Below, piece by piece: positions 63,010-64,000 of a stretch of 64,000 nt of DNA. The first letter of the stretch is position 1. Each line of letters opens with the position of its first letter. Both the position numbers and the translations under genes were made by a program. Source of the DNA: Actinomycetota bacterium (GTDB lineage Bacteria > Actinomycetota > Acidimicrobiia > Spongiisociales > ZC4RG35); assembly GCA_034658975.1 (NCBI GenBank), contig JAYEGJ010000001.1, positions 1,991 to 65,990 on the forward strand, read 5' to 3'. The notes under the pieces were generated by a model that worked only from the letters and a program-made list of their open reading frames with translations, ran no database searches and was not told where the DNA came from.

Positions 63010-64000
63010 TTAGGGATTTGGTTTGCCGGTTTCGGCTGGTTTGCCGGTTTCTGGTCGGCGTTGTTGCCCCGGATTGTCTTCCGGTCCGTGTCCAATTGAG
63101 TTGGCGTTGGCCTGCTTGAACTGTTTGACAAGATCAGCCACCGTCGGGGCGTCGACCGTGTCTGGATTCATCAGATAGTCGAGCAGGATCGACACTCCAG
63201 CCCTGACTTCGTTGGCTCGTCCGCTGCCTGCGGTGATATCGGCCACGGTGATGGCCGCTCGTTCCAGGCCGGACGCTTCGGGGCTCGCCAGTGGTCGCTG
63301 CGATGGGATGGTTCCGCCCTCACCGCCGGCACCTGCCTGGACAGTCCCCGTGGGTGTTCCATCCTGGCCGCTGACGGCGAGTTCCAGGAGTCGTTCTTCG
63401 GCTCCGCCGGCTCCGATGCCAATGGATTCAAGGGCGCGGTCGATTGCGTAGTTCCAGTCTCCCGGGCTGGCAGAGTCGGAGGCCCACGCAACCCCGGTCA
63501 GCCCAACAATCATCATCAGACTGGTGGCCCCTGCAGCAACACGCCTTCTCAACCCGGCCACCACGGTCCCACCGCGCCGGGGAGCTCGAACGGCAACCGT
63601 CTGATGGCTGGTTGAAACCATCGACACCGCATTCCCAACATGACGCTCAACGAACCCGGGCGACGGCGACACAGCAGCTAAACCTTTGAGAGCGCTGATG
63701 AAAGACGACAAAGGAGCGAGGTCTTCGGTGGGTGACGGAGACCCGTCGATAAGCCGGTCGAGGTCACGGTCGATCAGGTCAGGCCAGGTGCGACCGCCGA
63801 CTCGGGCTATGCCTTGCCTCTGAAGTTCCCTGACGGTCTTCCCACTCCGGTTCAAGACTTCGGAGACCTGTTCGATTGAGAGGCCGGCAACCCGCATCGC
63901 GAGAACATCACGCTGCTCGATTGTCAACATCTCGAATGTCCGACGAACCTCTTCTGGAACCTCTGTCGCGGCGACGGCGCCCATCCCTTCAACGTCAGAA
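63010..64000 (-). CDS. Sigma-70/ECF-type sigma factor region-4 domain fused to a TM segment and an extracytoplasmic C-terminal domain with a repetitive PETGKP tail. The 5' end runs off the window.
   Basis: Region 4 HTH (LTIEQRDVLAMRVAGLSIEQVSEVLNRSGKTVRELQRQGIARV). The frame stays open to the window edge. TM LMMIVGLTGVAWA. Tail PETGKPAETGKPNP. Confidence 0.6.
   Translation of the reverse strand, partial: SDVEGMGAVAATEVPEEVRRTFEMLTIEQRDVLAMRVAGLSIEQVSEVLNRSGKTVRELQRQGIARVGGRTWPDLIDRDLDRLIDGSPSPTEDLAPLSSFISALKGLAAVSPSPGFVERHVGNAVSMVSTSHQTVAVRAPRRGGTVVAGLRRRVAAGATSLMMIVGLTGVAWASDSASPGDWNYAIDRALESIGIGAGGAEERLLELAVSGQDGTPTGTVQAGAGGEGGTIPSQRPLASPEASGLERAAITVADITAGSGRANEVRAGVSILLDYLMNPDTVDAPTVADLVKQFKQANANSIGHGPEDNPGQQRRPETGKPAETGKPNP

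Noticed and set aside
63003-63070. Tandem ggtttgccggtttc duplication.
   Set aside because: It encodes the PETGKPAETGKP tail on the minus strand of the sigma-factor-like gene, so it is a coding repeat.
1-64000. Search for CRISPR arrays, rRNA genes, transposase, integrase or recombinase genes, and toxin-antitoxin pairs.
   Set aside because: No spacer-repeat arrays, no rRNA-like conserved blocks, and no ORF with transposase DDE or tyrosine-recombinase (R..HxxR..Y) signatures were seen. The repeats found are non-autonomous.
1-64000. Selenoprotein genes (in-frame TGA plus SECIS) that would match the presence of selC.
   Set aside because: No pair of adjacent same-frame ORFs split by TGA within a recognisable selenoprotein family (FdhA, SelD, Prx, GrdA/B) was found. 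Absence within 64 kb does not exclude them elsewhere.

Overview
This 64 kb window is a very GC-rich actinobacterial-type chromosomal segment. GTG and TTG start codons are frequent, adjacent genes often share 4-bp ATGA/GTGA stop-start overlaps, and the opposite strand is full of long non-coding shadow ORFs. I support about 75 protein-coding genes, mostly core metabolism and housekeeping (topA-tmk-holB, a sigma-70 factor, cysK-like, tyrA, ispD, PPK2, PolX, two ABC systems, an MMPL transporter, HU). Several accessory or unusual features sit among them. (1) A tRNA-Sec (selC, anticodon UCA) lies at 7029-7124 on the minus strand between two XRE-type regulators and an orphan 403-aa protein, with no sel genes or selenoprotein genes nearby. 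(2) A complete tad/Flp pilus locus (44.7-48.5 kb) ends in the 3' remnant of a gcvT-family gene and in a perfect 61-bp direct repeat 1.3 kb apart. (3) Three families of short intergenic repeats are present: a MITE-like 105-116 bp element (two copies), a 53-bp palindromic element in opposite orientations sitting exactly between convergent stop codons (two copies), and a ~100 bp repeat (two copies). (4) A SoxR gene sits with two near-identical SoxR-box promoters, each with a 19-bp spacer, placed before an orphan transketolase N-subunit gene (its partner C-subunit gene is decayed) and before a heterodimeric ABC exporter. (5) A ferredoxin / three small membrane-anchored proteins / ApbE / di-heme membrane protein module is present. 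No rRNA, CRISPR array, transposase or integrase was found. Internal start coordinates are approximate, and all family assignments rest on recognisable motifs read by eye rather than on searches.
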